A stretch of DNA of 64,000 nucleotides from an archaeon (GTDB lineage Archaea; Asgardarchaeota; Thorarchaeia; Thorarchaeales; Thorarchaeaceae), in contig JAJRWI010000050.1 in the NCBI GenBank assembly GCA_024276825.1, forward strand, positions 1 through 64,000, written 5' to 3'. The position numbers and the translations under genes were made by a program. The notes under the pieces were generated by a model. The model was not told where the DNA came from. It worked only from the letters and a program-made list of their open reading frames with translations, and made no database searches. Positions 1-10,041 of the stretch are shown here, piece after piece; positions within the stretch are counted from its first letter, which is position 1; every line of letters starts with the position of its first letter.

Positions 1-850
1 AGCGGCCCGTTTATCGCTTTCGCTACAGCACTGCAGTGGCTCGTGGCCAATGCAACACTTAACGGGCATCGTTTACGCCCAGGACTACTCGGGTATCTAA
101 TCCGATTTGCTCCCCTGGGTTTCGTCCCTCACCGTCGGGCATGTTCTCGACGACCGCCTTCGCCACTGGTGGTCCTCCACGGATCATAGGATTTCACCCC
201 TACCCGTGGAATACCGTCGCCGTCTCCCATCCCCAAGTAAGGCGGTATCCCTACCAGGCTGACAGTTGGGCTGCCAGATTTAAGCAGGGACCTACCAAAC
301 CGGCTACGGACGCTTTAAGCTCAATAATCATGGACACCACTCGAAGAGCTGGTTTTACCGCGGCGGCTGGCACCAGCCTTGCCCTCTCCTTTCTAGCGGA
401 CCTACTTACGGTTCCGCCACAGATGGAGTTATCCCCCATCACTCGGCTTGGCCCACTCACGCTTTCGCGTATTGGTGAGGTCTCGTAACTGCTGCACCCC
501 GTGGGGCTAGGGACCTTGTCTCAGTTCCCTTCTCCGGGCCACGACTTACATCGCCCGTTCGGGTCACAACCTAAGTGGGCAATTACCCCACTTACAAGTA
601 TGATCCGGTGCCGCCCCGTCCTGTGGCGGAGAGTCCCACATACCTGGAACACCCATTTGGGAGCAATATCATTTCCAGAACATTGCTCCTATGGTGGATT
701 ACCGCCAGTTTCCCGGCGTTGTCCACCTCCACAGGGTAGGTTAGCGACACTACTGAGCCGTTCGCGACGGACTCGGATGCGAGCCCGTTCCACTTGCATG
801 TCTTAACCCTAAGCCGATAGCAGTGTCCTCTAGCAGGATCAACTAGAGTT
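1..850 (-). rRNA. rrs: 16S rRNA, 5' ~850 nt (3' part lies outside the window)
   Basis: Minus strand begins AACTCTAGTTGATCCTGCTAGAGG (archaeal 5' end variant); contains GTGCCAGCCGCCGCGGTAA (515F site) and ATTAGATACCCGAGTAGTCC (806R site). Confidence 0.98.
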
Positions 851-1105
851 GATCACAAAGCCATGCATGTCCGGCAAGGATGTATCATGCACGCCTTATG
901 CACACTAACTAAGCTTAATGAAGTACAGTCTGACGGGGTAGCAAGGAGGCTTACCCATCATTCTGCACACTGCTGAGCCTATCTTAGACCTGAGGGGACT
1001 CTGGACAGATCCAGTCTTTCTCAAGTCCGCATCTTTTCTTCGCACTTGGAAATCGCGGACCGTCATCGCTAGGCTTTGCCAACAGCATCAGGTCTGACAC
1101 CGATA
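851..1105 (-). other. 16S pre-rRNA 5' external transcribed spacer (structured)
   Basis: Non-coding, several stems (e.g. AGACCTGA...TCAGGTCT) between TATA boxes and the 16S 5' end. Confidence 0.7.
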
Positions 1106-1117
1106 GAGTGCGAAAGC

Positions 1118-1170
1118 ATATTAAAACTCGAGGAATCTTAATAAAAAGCTTTCCAAGCAGACTATAAAAA
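1118..1170 (-). promoter_or_regulatory. Tandem TATA-box candidates for the 16S transcript
   Basis: Minus strand TTTTAATAT (1118-1126), TTTTTATTAA (1138-1147), TTTTTATA (1163-1170). Confidence 0.5.
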
Positions 1171-1313
1171 GCATAAATGATGAGTTTCTCAAAGACTTTT
1201 GAAAACCGCCCTCCCTTGTCATTTTAGGTGCCAATAATTTATGTCATATACTCAATATTCATAATGCACAATTGCTTATCACAGAACGACAGAATTTACG
1301 AAGGAAAGATCAC

Positions 1314-3929
1314 ATGCCTGATTTTCATGAATATCTGGAATCCCTGATTCATGGCGACTTCCACGAGAGTGAGAAGATGTTCCTTGATCGGGAGAGTTTT
1401 ACTTTTCCCACTGCCAGACCACAGTGGGCACCGCCGCGACACTACAATATCAATCATCTCAAGATGGAGTGGAAGATTGATCTAGAGCGAGAGCACGTTG
1501 ATGCGACATCACAGTTGAGAATCACATCCATCGTGCCTGAGTTGAATACAGTGTTTCTGCATGCTGCAGAACTCGAGATCACATCAATCAAAGACTCCAA
1601 TGGTGAGAGCCTCGAATGGGACATGAGACCTGACGAAGAGGCCATTTACATACGATTGAAACAGCCATTGAAAGAGGGAGAAGGTGAAAGACTGACTTTC
1701 ACATATAGTATTGATCACCCAAGAGCTGGACTGTTCTTCACAGCCCCCTGTTCTGAGTTTCCAGATGTTGAAGTCAGTGCTTGGACTCAGCTACAGGATG
1801 ATTATGCGAGGTTCATCGTCCCATGTTATGACAACCCCAGCCATAAACACTCCGTGGAGATCATTCTCACTGTTCCAGAAGACTACTTTGCCATGAGCAA
1901 CGGCATACTGAAAGAAAGACGAAAGAACGGTGACGGCACTGAAACTTTCCACTGGTATAACGAGAAACCCATGCCTGCTTATCTGATGACAGTGGCGGTT
2001 TCAGAATATATTGAGTACAAGGAGGACCTTGACGGACTGGAAGTCAGCTATTATGTCCATAAGAAATGGGATAAGGACATGGTATATCGGTCCTTTGGCA
2101 AGACCCCAGCAATGATCAAGTTCTTCGTTGATAAGCTAGGTGTTCCATTTCCGTGGGACAAATACGCTCAAGTCACCGCTGCCAACTTCATCTTTGGTGG
2201 TATGGAAAATGTCAGTGCCACAACTCAGACCGATGCAACTCTTCACGATGAGAAGGCACATCTAGACTTTGACTCTGACGGGCTGGTGGCCCATGAGCTG
2301 GCGCACATGTGGGGTGGAGACCTTGTAACCTGTCGTACATGGAGTCATGGGTGGCTTAATGAGGGTTGGGCAACCCAGATGCAGAACGAGTGGAAGCGTC
2401 ATGACAAGGGTGATGATGAGTACTTCTATGAGCAGTATCAGAAGCAGGTTTCATACTTCACTGAGGACAAGACACAATATAGACGGCCTATCGTACAGAA
2501 TGAGTGGGAGAAAGGTGTTGATGTCTTTGATCGACACCTGTATCCTGGAGGGGCTTGGAGATATTATATGCTGAAACATCTGGTCGGCGAGGACAGATGG
2601 TGGAATATTCTGGGAGAGTATATGAGGCGCCACTCATATCAGTCTGTCTATACTCATGATCTTGAGAGGATATTCACCGAGATGACTGGTGAAGACTTCG
2701 GTTGGTTCTTTGAACAATGGTTGTATAAGGCAGGCTATCCGGAGTGCAAGATCAAGGTCAATCACGATGAGAAGATGGGTCATGTCCATATGAGGATTGA
2801 GCAGACCCAAAAGCATGATGACGGGATGACTCCCGCAGTGTTCAAGTTTCCACTCACAATTGAGTTTGTGGATGAAAAGGGCGCTAGAACACGTCTCACA
2901 ATACAGGTGAATGAGCGAGTCCATGACTTTTATTTCCCCGTCATGTCAAAACCGAAACAAGTAGTGATTGATCCTGACTATGTAGTACTCATGGACTGGG
3001 ACATTGAAAAGCCAGAACCGCTGTGGATTGAGCAACTCAATCATGGCACCAATGTTGTTCAGAGGATAAAAGCTGCACAGGCCCTTGGTAAGAAGGTGAC
3101 CCCAAAGGCACTTAGAGCGTTAGGGGACGCACTAGTCAATGAAGGGTTTTGGGGGGTGCAGACTGAGATTGCAAAAGTTCTTGGTTCTCTAAAGACAGAC
3201 GCTGCCCTTGACCAACTCCTACGTGGTGTGAGCCTTGCAAACACACGCGCCAGGACCGCAGTGGCTAGAGCACTTGGGGAGTTCTATCAGAATGATCGAG
3301 CTCTGGAGGCACTAAAGCGACTTCTCACGGATGATGAGAGCTACTTTGTTCCGGCTGCGGCCGCCACATCGATTGGAAAGACCAAACATGAAGACGCATT
3401 TGAGATACTCTCTGAAGGAATAAAGAATGCGCCTCCCAGCTGGCACCATCTCATTAAGGCAGGCTATCTGAGTGGCATGGCAGAAACTGAAAAGGAAGAG
3501 GTCATTGAGATTCTCTTGAAATATATCAGGCCCGGAACTCCTGATGAGTTAAGGCGAATAGTTCCGAAATATCTTGCAAATCTAGGTAAACGATACAAGA
3601 AGCGGTACCCTGAGATCAAGTCAGAGCTGGAGAAACTTCTTGACGACAGATCATTTAGAGTGAGAATCAGTGCTCTTGTTGCAATCAAGAGCTATGAGGA
3701 CCCATCACTCATATCGAGCCTTGCAAAACTCGCAGAGTCTGAAGTTGAGGGGCGAATTGTACGACTCTCACGTGAGGCAATACGATCCTTGAGAATGAAG
3801 AAGGCTCCAAAGGAGCTCGAGTCATTGAAGAAGAGTGTAGAAGAGATAGAGGAGGAAAACCGTAAGCTCAAGAGCAGACTTCTAAGAATCGAGGCACGAC
3901 TTGAGAAGCCCGAAGACAAGGATGAATAG
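1314..3929 (+). CDS. pepN: M1 family aminopeptidase with C-terminal HEAT repeats and coiled coil
   Basis: GGMEN exopeptidase motif, HELAH-x18-E zinc motif, HEAT-like repeats; likely start ATG 1314 within ORF 1272..3929. Confidence 0.9.
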   Translation: MPDFHEYLESLIHGDFHESEKMFLDRESFTFPTARPQWAPPRHYNINHLKMEWKIDLEREHVDATSQLRITSIVPELNTVFLHAAELEITSIKDSNGESLEWDMRPDEEAIYIRLKQPLKEGEGERLTFTYSIDHPRAGLFFTAPCSEFPDVEVSAWTQLQDDYARFIVPCYDNPSHKHSVEIILTVPEDYFAMSNGILKERRKNGDGTETFHWYNEKPMPAYLMTVAVSEYIEYKEDLDGLEVSYYVHKKWDKDMVYRSFGKTPAMIKFFVDKLGVPFPWDKYAQVTAANFIFGGMENVSATTQTDATLHDEKAHLDFDSDGLVAHELAHMWGGDLVTCRTWSHGWLNEGWATQMQNEWKRHDKGDDEYFYEQYQKQVSYFTEDKTQYRRPIVQNEWEKGVDVFDRHLYPGGAWRYYMLKHLVGEDRWWNILGEYMRRHSYQSVYTHDLERIFTEMTGEDFGWFFEQWLYKAGYPECKIKVNHDEKMGHVHMRIEQTQKHDDGMTPAVFKFPLTIEFVDEKGARTRLTIQVNERVHDFYFPVMSKPKQVVIDPDYVVLMDWDIEKPEPLWIEQLNHGTNVVQRIKAAQALGKKVTPKALRALGDALVNEGFWGVQTEIAKVLGSLKTDAALDQLLRGVSLANTRARTAVARALGEFYQNDRALEALKRLLTDDESYFVPAAAATSIGKTKHEDAFEILSEGIKNAPPSWHHLIKAGYLSGMAETEKEEVIEILLKYIRPGTPDELRRIVPKYLANLGKRYKKRYPEIKSELEKLLDDRSFRVRISALVAIKSYEDPSLISSLAKLAESEVEGRIVRLSREAIRSLRMKKAPKELESLKKSVEEIEEENRKLKSRLLRIEARLEKPEDKDE

Positions 3930-3935
3930 GTGATG

Positions 3936-3958
3936 GAAGGGCGGGATTGCCCGCCTTC
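3936..3958. terminator. GC-rich hairpin between convergent genes
   Basis: GAAGGGCGGG-ATTG-CCCGCCTTC. Confidence 0.5.
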
Positions 3959-4015
3959 ACGAGATTGGTAGTCTTACTACCCGCAGATGTCGGTTTCTTC
4001 CATCATTATTACAGC

Positions 4016-4549
4016 TTATCTGTGTGCTCGGCCCAGCTGCCATAGGACATACTCAAGCCCGTCAACGACAGCTAGGCTTCGCATGACCAAAACGAGCCCA
4101 TGACTCTCGGTCCTCTTGACCCCACCAAGGATCCTGAGAGTCAATGGTTCACCGTCTGGCCCAGTCATATTGACTCGAAAGACAAAGGAGATTGTAATGT
4201 TTAATCGAACCCGATTGGTCCGACCAGCAGCACCACGACCATCAACGACCGTATAACGTGACTCATTCATGACCAGGTACCCTTGGAGAACAAAAAATGA
4301 AACACCCCGGTCTAATCTCGAAGCCACCTGAAATTCCAGATGCATTTTCACAAGAACACGGGTCTGATCAGCGTCATCACGTACTGCACCTCGACCCCGG
4401 GAATCAATCTGAAGAATATCACCCACCTGCACTCTGGCTGACTCTGGACTCTCAAGAATCGATGTAGCATCAATAGGGACAATAACCAGTGGGATGACCA
4501 CCAGCATTGCAAGTGCAGATAATATGGTCATGGTACGTCGCAATCTCAT
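4016..4549 (-). CDS. Secreted hypothetical protein
   Basis: 177 aa, basic N-terminus plus hydrophobic signal peptide, beta-rich body. Confidence 0.7.
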   Translation of the reverse strand: MRLRRTMTILSALAMLVVIPLVIVPIDATSILESPESARVQVGDILQIDSRGRGAVRDDADQTRVLVKMHLEFQVASRLDRGVSFFVLQGYLVMNESRYTVVDGRGAAGRTNRVRLNITISFVFRVNMTGPDGEPLTLRILGGVKRTESHGLVLVMRSLAVVDGLEYVLWQLGRAHR

Positions 4550-4760
4550 CTTTGCATCATGTAATTACTGTGATTGTTAATATAAAGCAACAATGAACGA
4601 TGTTTCTGTATGATGAATATAGATGATTCATCCATTCAGATTATTGGGATGAAGAGTATTTGAAAATGCGCACTTGGCGATACATCACAAATTCAAACAA
4701 AAGTCTCAGATACTAATTAGGAATATCACCAAGAAGATATGAGTCTAGGACTGACACGCA

Positions 4761-5393
4761 ATGATGCAAGAGGCATTATATGCTTTAATCCGATTTGATC
4801 TCCTGCTTGAGGCCATTAGTGGAGTCATCGCTCTTATGATATCTCATCAAGCAAATATGGCCTATCAATTGACTGGAGAGAAACGCCTATCAGACCTCTC
4901 CACTGGGTTTCTGGTCCTCTCAGCGGGCATGTTTGGAAGAGTTGTTGGTACATTCTATTTCTTTGTGATTATTGGCACTGCGGGTCTGACGCCAGAGGCT
5001 GAGATGGTCAGAGGTATTGTCACCATTGCTTATGGTTCAGCGCGGATTATGGCATATGTTCTCTTTGCTATCTCAACACGCAGGACAATTCGAAAACCAA
5101 CGCTAGCAAACACCCCGCTCATGGCACTACCATTTCTGATTGACCCCAATCTCGAGATCGTAGCAATAATGATCCTGATAATTGTTGTATTGCAAGCAAT
5201 GATGAACTATTTTAATGTGAGAACAAAGTTTGCACTTTACGTACTGATTGCATTCTCCTGCCTACTGCTGAGCCACATCTTTGGAATAATTGCCTTAATT
5301 GAGATTAGAGCATATTGGTGGAGCCAGATGGCACAGTTTCTAGGCTTGATATCTCTCTTGGTCATGCTGATTAAGGCAGGCCGAGAAACATGA
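4761..5393 (+). CDS. Multi-pass membrane protein (about 6-7 TM)
   Basis: Repeated hydrophobic segments; ATGA overlap with the next gene. Confidence 0.75.
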   Translation: MMQEALYALIRFDLLLEAISGVIALMISHQANMAYQLTGEKRLSDLSTGFLVLSAGMFGRVVGTFYFFVIIGTAGLTPEAEMVRGIVTIAYGSARIMAYVLFAISTRRTIRKPTLANTPLMALPFLIDPNLEIVAIMILIIVVLQAMMNYFNVRTKFALYVLIAFSCLLLSHIFGIIALIEIRAYWWSQMAQFLGLISLLVMLIKAGRET

Positions 5394-5683
5394 GCAGAAA
5401 AAAGTCCTATCGTTCAAAGGTACGCATCTTAGCTGACATGATGCGTGCAATACAGAACGGTGGGGATGAGGGAACTGGCCCAACAAGAATACTCTATTCC
5501 GCCAATCTCTCTCATGATCGTCTGACACAATACATTGAAGAGCTCTTAGAGAAGGGGCTCATAAGGGTAGTTGAACAGAATGGTAGTAGTCGCGCATATG
5601 TTCTTACAGCAAAGGGGATGGAGTTCCTGAGAGAGTTCACAAAAATCGAACGCTTCTCTCAGGCTTTTGGTATTGATATCTAG
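5390..5683 (+). CDS. Archaeal winged-HTH transcriptional regulator
   Basis: YRSKVRILADM...TRILYSANLS...YIEELLEKGLI...YVLTAKG pattern of small archaeal wHTH proteins. Confidence 0.85.
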   Translation: MSRKKSYRSKVRILADMMRAIQNGGDEGTGPTRILYSANLSHDRLTQYIEELLEKGLIRVVEQNGSSRAYVLTAKGMEFLREFTKIERFSQAFGIDI

Positions 5684-5903
5684 GCTGATATCAAAAATAC
5701 AATTGGTGTGGTTCATTAATATGTGCTGATAAATGACTAACAATTCATCTAGATGATATTTTTAGAAATGACCGTGTGATGTTGAACATAGTAGTTGGTC
5801 CGTCATCTCTCGCCGCCTCTCTTGAAGCGGACTTTAATATGCAGTAGATATACTCTTGAGTCAAGATTTTAAGATGAAATGGAATGCGCTCAACCAGATT
5901 GAA

Positions 5904-5981
5904 GGGCCGATAGATCAGTCCGGCTAGATCGTCTGGTTCGCATCCAGAAGGGCGCGGGTTCAAATCCCGCTCGGTCCACCA
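5904..5981 (+). tRNA. tRNA-Ala(CGC), CCA encoded
   Basis: Cloverleaf GGGCCGA/TCGGTCC with G3:U70, anticodon arm TCTGG-TTCGCAT-CCAGA, T-loop TTCAAAT. Confidence 0.96.
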
Positions 5982-6036
5982 CTCTCCAATTCTACCACCT
6001 GCCAACAGATTTTACGTCAGACGAGTCACCATTGAC

Positions 6037-6439
6037 ATGATCGAAATTTTGAAGAAGCAAGTGCCTCTGTCGTTTGAGGAGGCGGTTGAAAAGGTTGAGA
6101 GGTTGTGTGCTGAGGCTGGATTCACAGTACTGAACTTTACTCTTCACAAAGGCCCTTCATAAGACCTTCAAGGAAAAGTTGCAGATTGACTATCCAAAAT
6201 ATACATTCATTCAGGTGTGCAATGCCAAATTAGCGAAGAAGGTCCTTGACATCTCAAAGGACGCAGGAGTGGTGTTTCCATGCAGATTTGTTGTTTATGA
6301 AGAGGGCGATGCAGTGATCATTGCGCACACATCAGTCATGAGAGCAATTGCTGAACTCGGACTTGCTCCAGAGGATGAGATGGCCCCTATTATTGAGGAA
6401 ACTGGGCGCAGAGTCAGAGAGCTCTGGGAAAAGATTTGA
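6037..6439 (+). pseudogene. DUF302-family protein interrupted by a +1 frameshift (apparent 10-nt insertion)
   Basis: 6037-6162 encodes MIEILKKQVPLSFEEAVEKVERLCAEAGFTV..; +1 frame continues LFTKALHKTFKEKL..VCNAKLA..FPCRFVVYE (DUF302 CN/PC motifs). Confidence 0.7.
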
Positions 6440-6474
6440 GTAAGATTTAGCTCTTCAGAATCAGTGGGAAACTC

Positions 6475-7251
6475 ATGGATGAAAAAATCAAGGAGCAGTG
6501 GGACATAAACTCAGAGGCCTTTGCCGAACTAATAGGGGGCAAGGGCACTCCTCATCACAGATCAATACTTGTCCCCTGTATTGAAAGACTACTTGGCGAT
6601 GTTAACAGGAAAAAGATGCTCGATGCAGGCTGTGGCGAGGGTTATCTGTCCCTGAGATTTGCCAAGAAGGGCGCCATTGTGACAGGTGTTGACATCTCGG
6701 ACAAGATGATCAGCATTGCGAGGGCAGCCGACACAGAGCACATTGTGAACTTTCAAGCTGGAAACATCTGCAATCTGGAGGGTCTTGCTGATGAGGAATT
6801 TGACCTGGTGATTTGCAATCTTGTATTGTTGAATGTTCCCTGCTACAAGGAAGCACTGATCGAGTTTCATAGGGTTCTAAAAAAGGGCGGAACACTAGTC
6901 GTTTCGATTGTGCATCCCGCTTTCAATTTCTATGGCCCGGGCTCATGGGAGATGGGTGAGAAGGATCCACAGACCAAGCGACGTAAAGGACTCTATTTCA
7001 AAGTTGACAATTACTTTGATGAAAAGGAGTATCAGCGATACTGGAAGAAGAGGTCGGGTGAGAAGTTTCCAAGACCAATCAGTTTCTTTCATAGAACCCT
7101 CTCAAATTATCTCAATGCAATTAGCAATGCTGGTCTTGTGATTGATAGGATTGAAGAACCCCTGCCTATCGTCGAAGATGAGTTCTTTGAGCGAGAACGG
7201 CGAATACCATTCTTTCTGGTGGTGCGGGCGAGAAGGTCAGCCAATTCCTAA
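6475..7251 (+). CDS. Class I SAM-dependent methyltransferase
   Basis: LDAGCGEG motif I, VTGVDIS, FDLVICN, VLKKGG. Confidence 0.9.
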   Translation: MDEKIKEQWDINSEAFAELIGGKGTPHHRSILVPCIERLLGDVNRKKMLDAGCGEGYLSLRFAKKGAIVTGVDISDKMISIARAADTEHIVNFQAGNICNLEGLADEEFDLVICNLVLLNVPCYKEALIEFHRVLKKGGTLVVSIVHPAFNFYGPGSWEMGEKDPQTKRRKGLYFKVDNYFDEKEYQRYWKKRSGEKFPRPISFFHRTLSNYLNAISNAGLVIDRIEEPLPIVEDEFFERERRIPFFLVVRARRSANS

Positions 7252-7280
7252 TAAGTGAAGATGCATTATCAGAAAACGAG

Positions 7281-8180
7281 TTGACAATTATGAGTTCTGA
7301 ACAGGACCCTCTAGATTATCTGAGTCTAGGGAAGCGCGTACGCTTGAGCAGACTGATGTATGAACATGGTCCGGGCAATGGTCGTATGATCATCCTGCCG
7401 ATTGATCAGGGCATGGAACATGGTCCACGCGACTTCTTTGTTAATCCTCCAAGTATTGATCCCGACTTCCAGTTCAGACTGGCCAAGGAGGGTGGCTTCT
7501 CTGGAATCGCCCTGCACATAGGTCTTGCAGAGAAATATGCAGGCAAATACGCTGGCAGAGTGCCAATTGTCCTAAAGGTCAATGGAAAGACCAGCATTCC
7601 TCCGGACACACATGCAATGTCCCCGCTGACTGCCTCAGTGGAAGACGCAGTCAGGATTGGTGCCGATGCAATAGGATACACGCTCTATGTTGGCAGTCCC
7701 CTGCAGGTTGAGGACATGAACCAATTCCGAAGAGTAAAGGCTGATGCTGACCGCTATGGGATGCCTGTGATACTCTGGTCTTACCCGCGAGGAGAGGCTG
7801 TTGAGAAGAAGGGCGGAAGAAACAGCCTTTATGCAATAGACTATGCAGCAAGAGTTGCAAATGAACTGGGTGTTGATGTTGTCAAGCTCAACGTTCCCGT
7901 GGATGATCCTGAGAGAAGGAAAGATCAACCAGCACCCTATGACTCACTTGAATATACTCTCGAAGAAGGCATTGAGAAAGTGATAAAGAGCGCAGGCAAG
8001 ACACTTGTGATATTCTCGGGTGGAAGTAAGATTGATGATGACGAACTACTCCGTAGGGCTCGCATTTGTCTGGAGAAAGGGGCCAGTGGATTCATCTTTG
8101 GCCGAAACATTTGGCAGCGCGAATGGGACAAAGCATTGGAAATGGCAGCAAAGTTGAAGGAACTACTCCTTACTGTCTGA
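7281..8180 (+). CDS. fbaB: Class I fructose-bisphosphate aldolase (DhnA/FbaB type)
   Basis: ILPIDQGMEHGP, WSYPRG, catalytic Lys in DVVKLN, FSGG, GFIFGRNIWQ. Confidence 0.85.
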   Translation: MTIMSSEQDPLDYLSLGKRVRLSRLMYEHGPGNGRMIILPIDQGMEHGPRDFFVNPPSIDPDFQFRLAKEGGFSGIALHIGLAEKYAGKYAGRVPIVLKVNGKTSIPPDTHAMSPLTASVEDAVRIGADAIGYTLYVGSPLQVEDMNQFRRVKADADRYGMPVILWSYPRGEAVEKKGGRNSLYAIDYAARVANELGVDVVKLNVPVDDPERRKDQPAPYDSLEYTLEEGIEKVIKSAGKTLVIFSGGSKIDDDELLRRARICLEKGASGFIFGRNIWQREWDKALEMAAKLKELLLTV

Positions 8181-9212
8181 GTTCCTTGTGTTTCTTGTTT
8201 CAAGCTCTTGCATTGGATCAATCGACTTTACCGTGTCGACAACAGCCTTAATATTCTCTTCAGGGGTATCAACTGTGATGACGCAACCTGGTGCAACAAC
8301 AAGATGTTCAAAGCCTGCCGCCCTGATTGCCTCACGTACCTGCATTTCAACCTCATCCGGTGTTCCTGTTCTGAGTGTCTTATTGTGATCAATTCCCCCA
8401 AAAACAGTCTTTCTGGAAATCTTCTTTCCCTCGGACAGACTGGGCCATGCACTCTGGTCTTCCCAGTTGATGGCATCTAGGCCCGGGGTTCTTGATATCT
8501 CCCTAAACCTAATGCGTTCACCCTCCTCTTTTGCATGCAGGTGCATGACTATGAAACGAGACCTCCCCCTGAGTTGCGATATCAACTTTTGATCATATGG
8601 AAACACGAACTCTTGATACTGTTCATCGGTGACAGCAGAGTGTGTGGAGTGTTGAGAGGCCAAGAACACACCATCTGCACCAGCCTCAAGGGTGGCCTTT
8701 GCAAAGTCGACCATAACCCTAGTTATCATCTCAAGAGCTGAACTCATTACATCTGGATGGCTATCAATATATGTTTTGAACTCGCCCTCACATAGCTTGG
8801 AAGCAACCATTGGAGGATCAAAGATTGTTGCAAGTACAGGAACAACGCCATGGGCATAATCGTGAATCAGCTCAATTGCCCTGACCTGTCTTCCAAACTC
8901 GCCATCATTGACATCGACCTCCTCAAGGGTTTCCCAGTCTTGGGCATCGTGAATGGCACATGAGGTACAGGTCGTTGAGCCACTTATTGCCCCATCATAT
9001 ACTGCCACACATCCCCAATCCACCACGGGATAACGTCCATGAAAGCTCACTTTCATGATGTCATGATCCCACTTTTTGTGGAAAGCAATCTCTGCATCTG
9101 CAAGGCCTTCTGGTGTCCTGTCCTTGTGTGGGTGGTGCCTCCAGAGTGAGATGGGGACCCGTTCCTCAATGTTACCCAAGAATGTCTGTCTAATGAGCTC
9201 AAATCTCGACAT
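8163..9212 (-). CDS. Uroporphyrinogen decarboxylase (URO-D/MtaA) family protein
   Basis: ERVPISLWRH, EAGADG, HLH, VFGGID, VAPGC pattern. Confidence 0.8.
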   Translation of the reverse strand: MSRFELIRQTFLGNIEERVPISLWRHHPHKDRTPEGLADAEIAFHKKWDHDIMKVSFHGRYPVVDWGCVAVYDGAISGSTTCTSCAIHDAQDWETLEEVDVNDGEFGRQVRAIELIHDYAHGVVPVLATIFDPPMVASKLCEGEFKTYIDSHPDVMSSALEMITRVMVDFAKATLEAGADGVFLASQHSTHSAVTDEQYQEFVFPYDQKLISQLRGRSRFIVMHLHAKEEGERIRFREISRTPGLDAINWEDQSAWPSLSEGKKISRKTVFGGIDHNKTLRTGTPDEVEMQVREAIRAAGFEHLVVAPGCVITVDTPEENIKAVVDTVKSIDPMQELETRNTRNSDSKE

Positions 9213-9278
9213 GGCATACTACTAGTGTCGAAAGTGATTATGAGCGTTTCGAATTGGTGGGAGATGATGCACAAGGCA

Positions 9279-9914
9279 TTACTCTCTGTGCCAAGGGTTC
9301 AGCAGACCAAGTGTCACTAGAAAGATCATTACTGTCGTCATCATGAAACCCACATACTCCAGCCCTGCTACTAGAAGCGGCACCTTGAGAGCTTGGAACA
9401 CCACTGCAATCAAGAGTCCTATCACTATGAGCTCGCTACGGACTTCTCTTAATCGGTGTGTCTTCCATGTGATGGCAAAAGTCACTACTAGAGCAAGAGC
9501 AAACATAAGTAGAATTGGTACTGTGAGAACTATGATCAATGGCTCTGATTGGACAAATAACAATACTGTGATCCAATAAAACACGATTAGAATCATGCTA
9601 CGGATGTGCCAACGCGCATAATTGGGCAACCAGATGTTGAGGACCATACCCGCCATGGGAATTGTTGCTAGGCCCACCGCGAGAGACCTGATCTTAAAGA
9701 GTGTGAGGCTGGGCTCTATTATGAGGATTGATGGGAGCACATAAATAGTCATGTTTGCAGCGGTCCCGAGGAAAGACAGACTGAACAATAAAGGTAGGTC
9801 AGTTGGCAGCCTGTTCTCCTGATTATGCCAGATTCTGAACAAGAATATTGCGCCCAAAAATGCAATCAGGGCTGTTATGGCACAGGACCATACTGATATG
9901 TATGTCATTTGCAT
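9279..9914 (-). CDS. Multi-pass membrane protein (about 7 TM)
   Basis: 211 aa, repeated hydrophobic helices. Confidence 0.7.
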   Translation of the reverse strand: MQMTYISVWSCAITALIAFLGAIFLFRIWHNQENRLPTDLPLLFSLSFLGTAANMTIYVLPSILIIEPSLTLFKIRSLAVGLATIPMAGMVLNIWLPNYARWHIRSMILIVFYWITVLLFVQSEPLIIVLTVPILLMFALALVVTFAITWKTHRLREVRSELIVIGLLIAVVFQALKVPLLVAGLEYVGFMMTTVMIFLVTLGLLNPWHRE

Positions 9915-10041
9915 GTGTGATTCCTCTGCACAATGTTTACCAGATTGTGTATGGCCCTATGGATTTAAGCACCTGACAAATCAATCATTTTACGACCTTA
10001 AAAGAAGTGGTTCTGATTTATTGACAGAATTATCGGATGCG

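Noticed and set aside
141-806. ORFs of 69-115 aa in the ORF track
   Set aside because: They lie inside the 16S rRNA gene and are shadow ORFs
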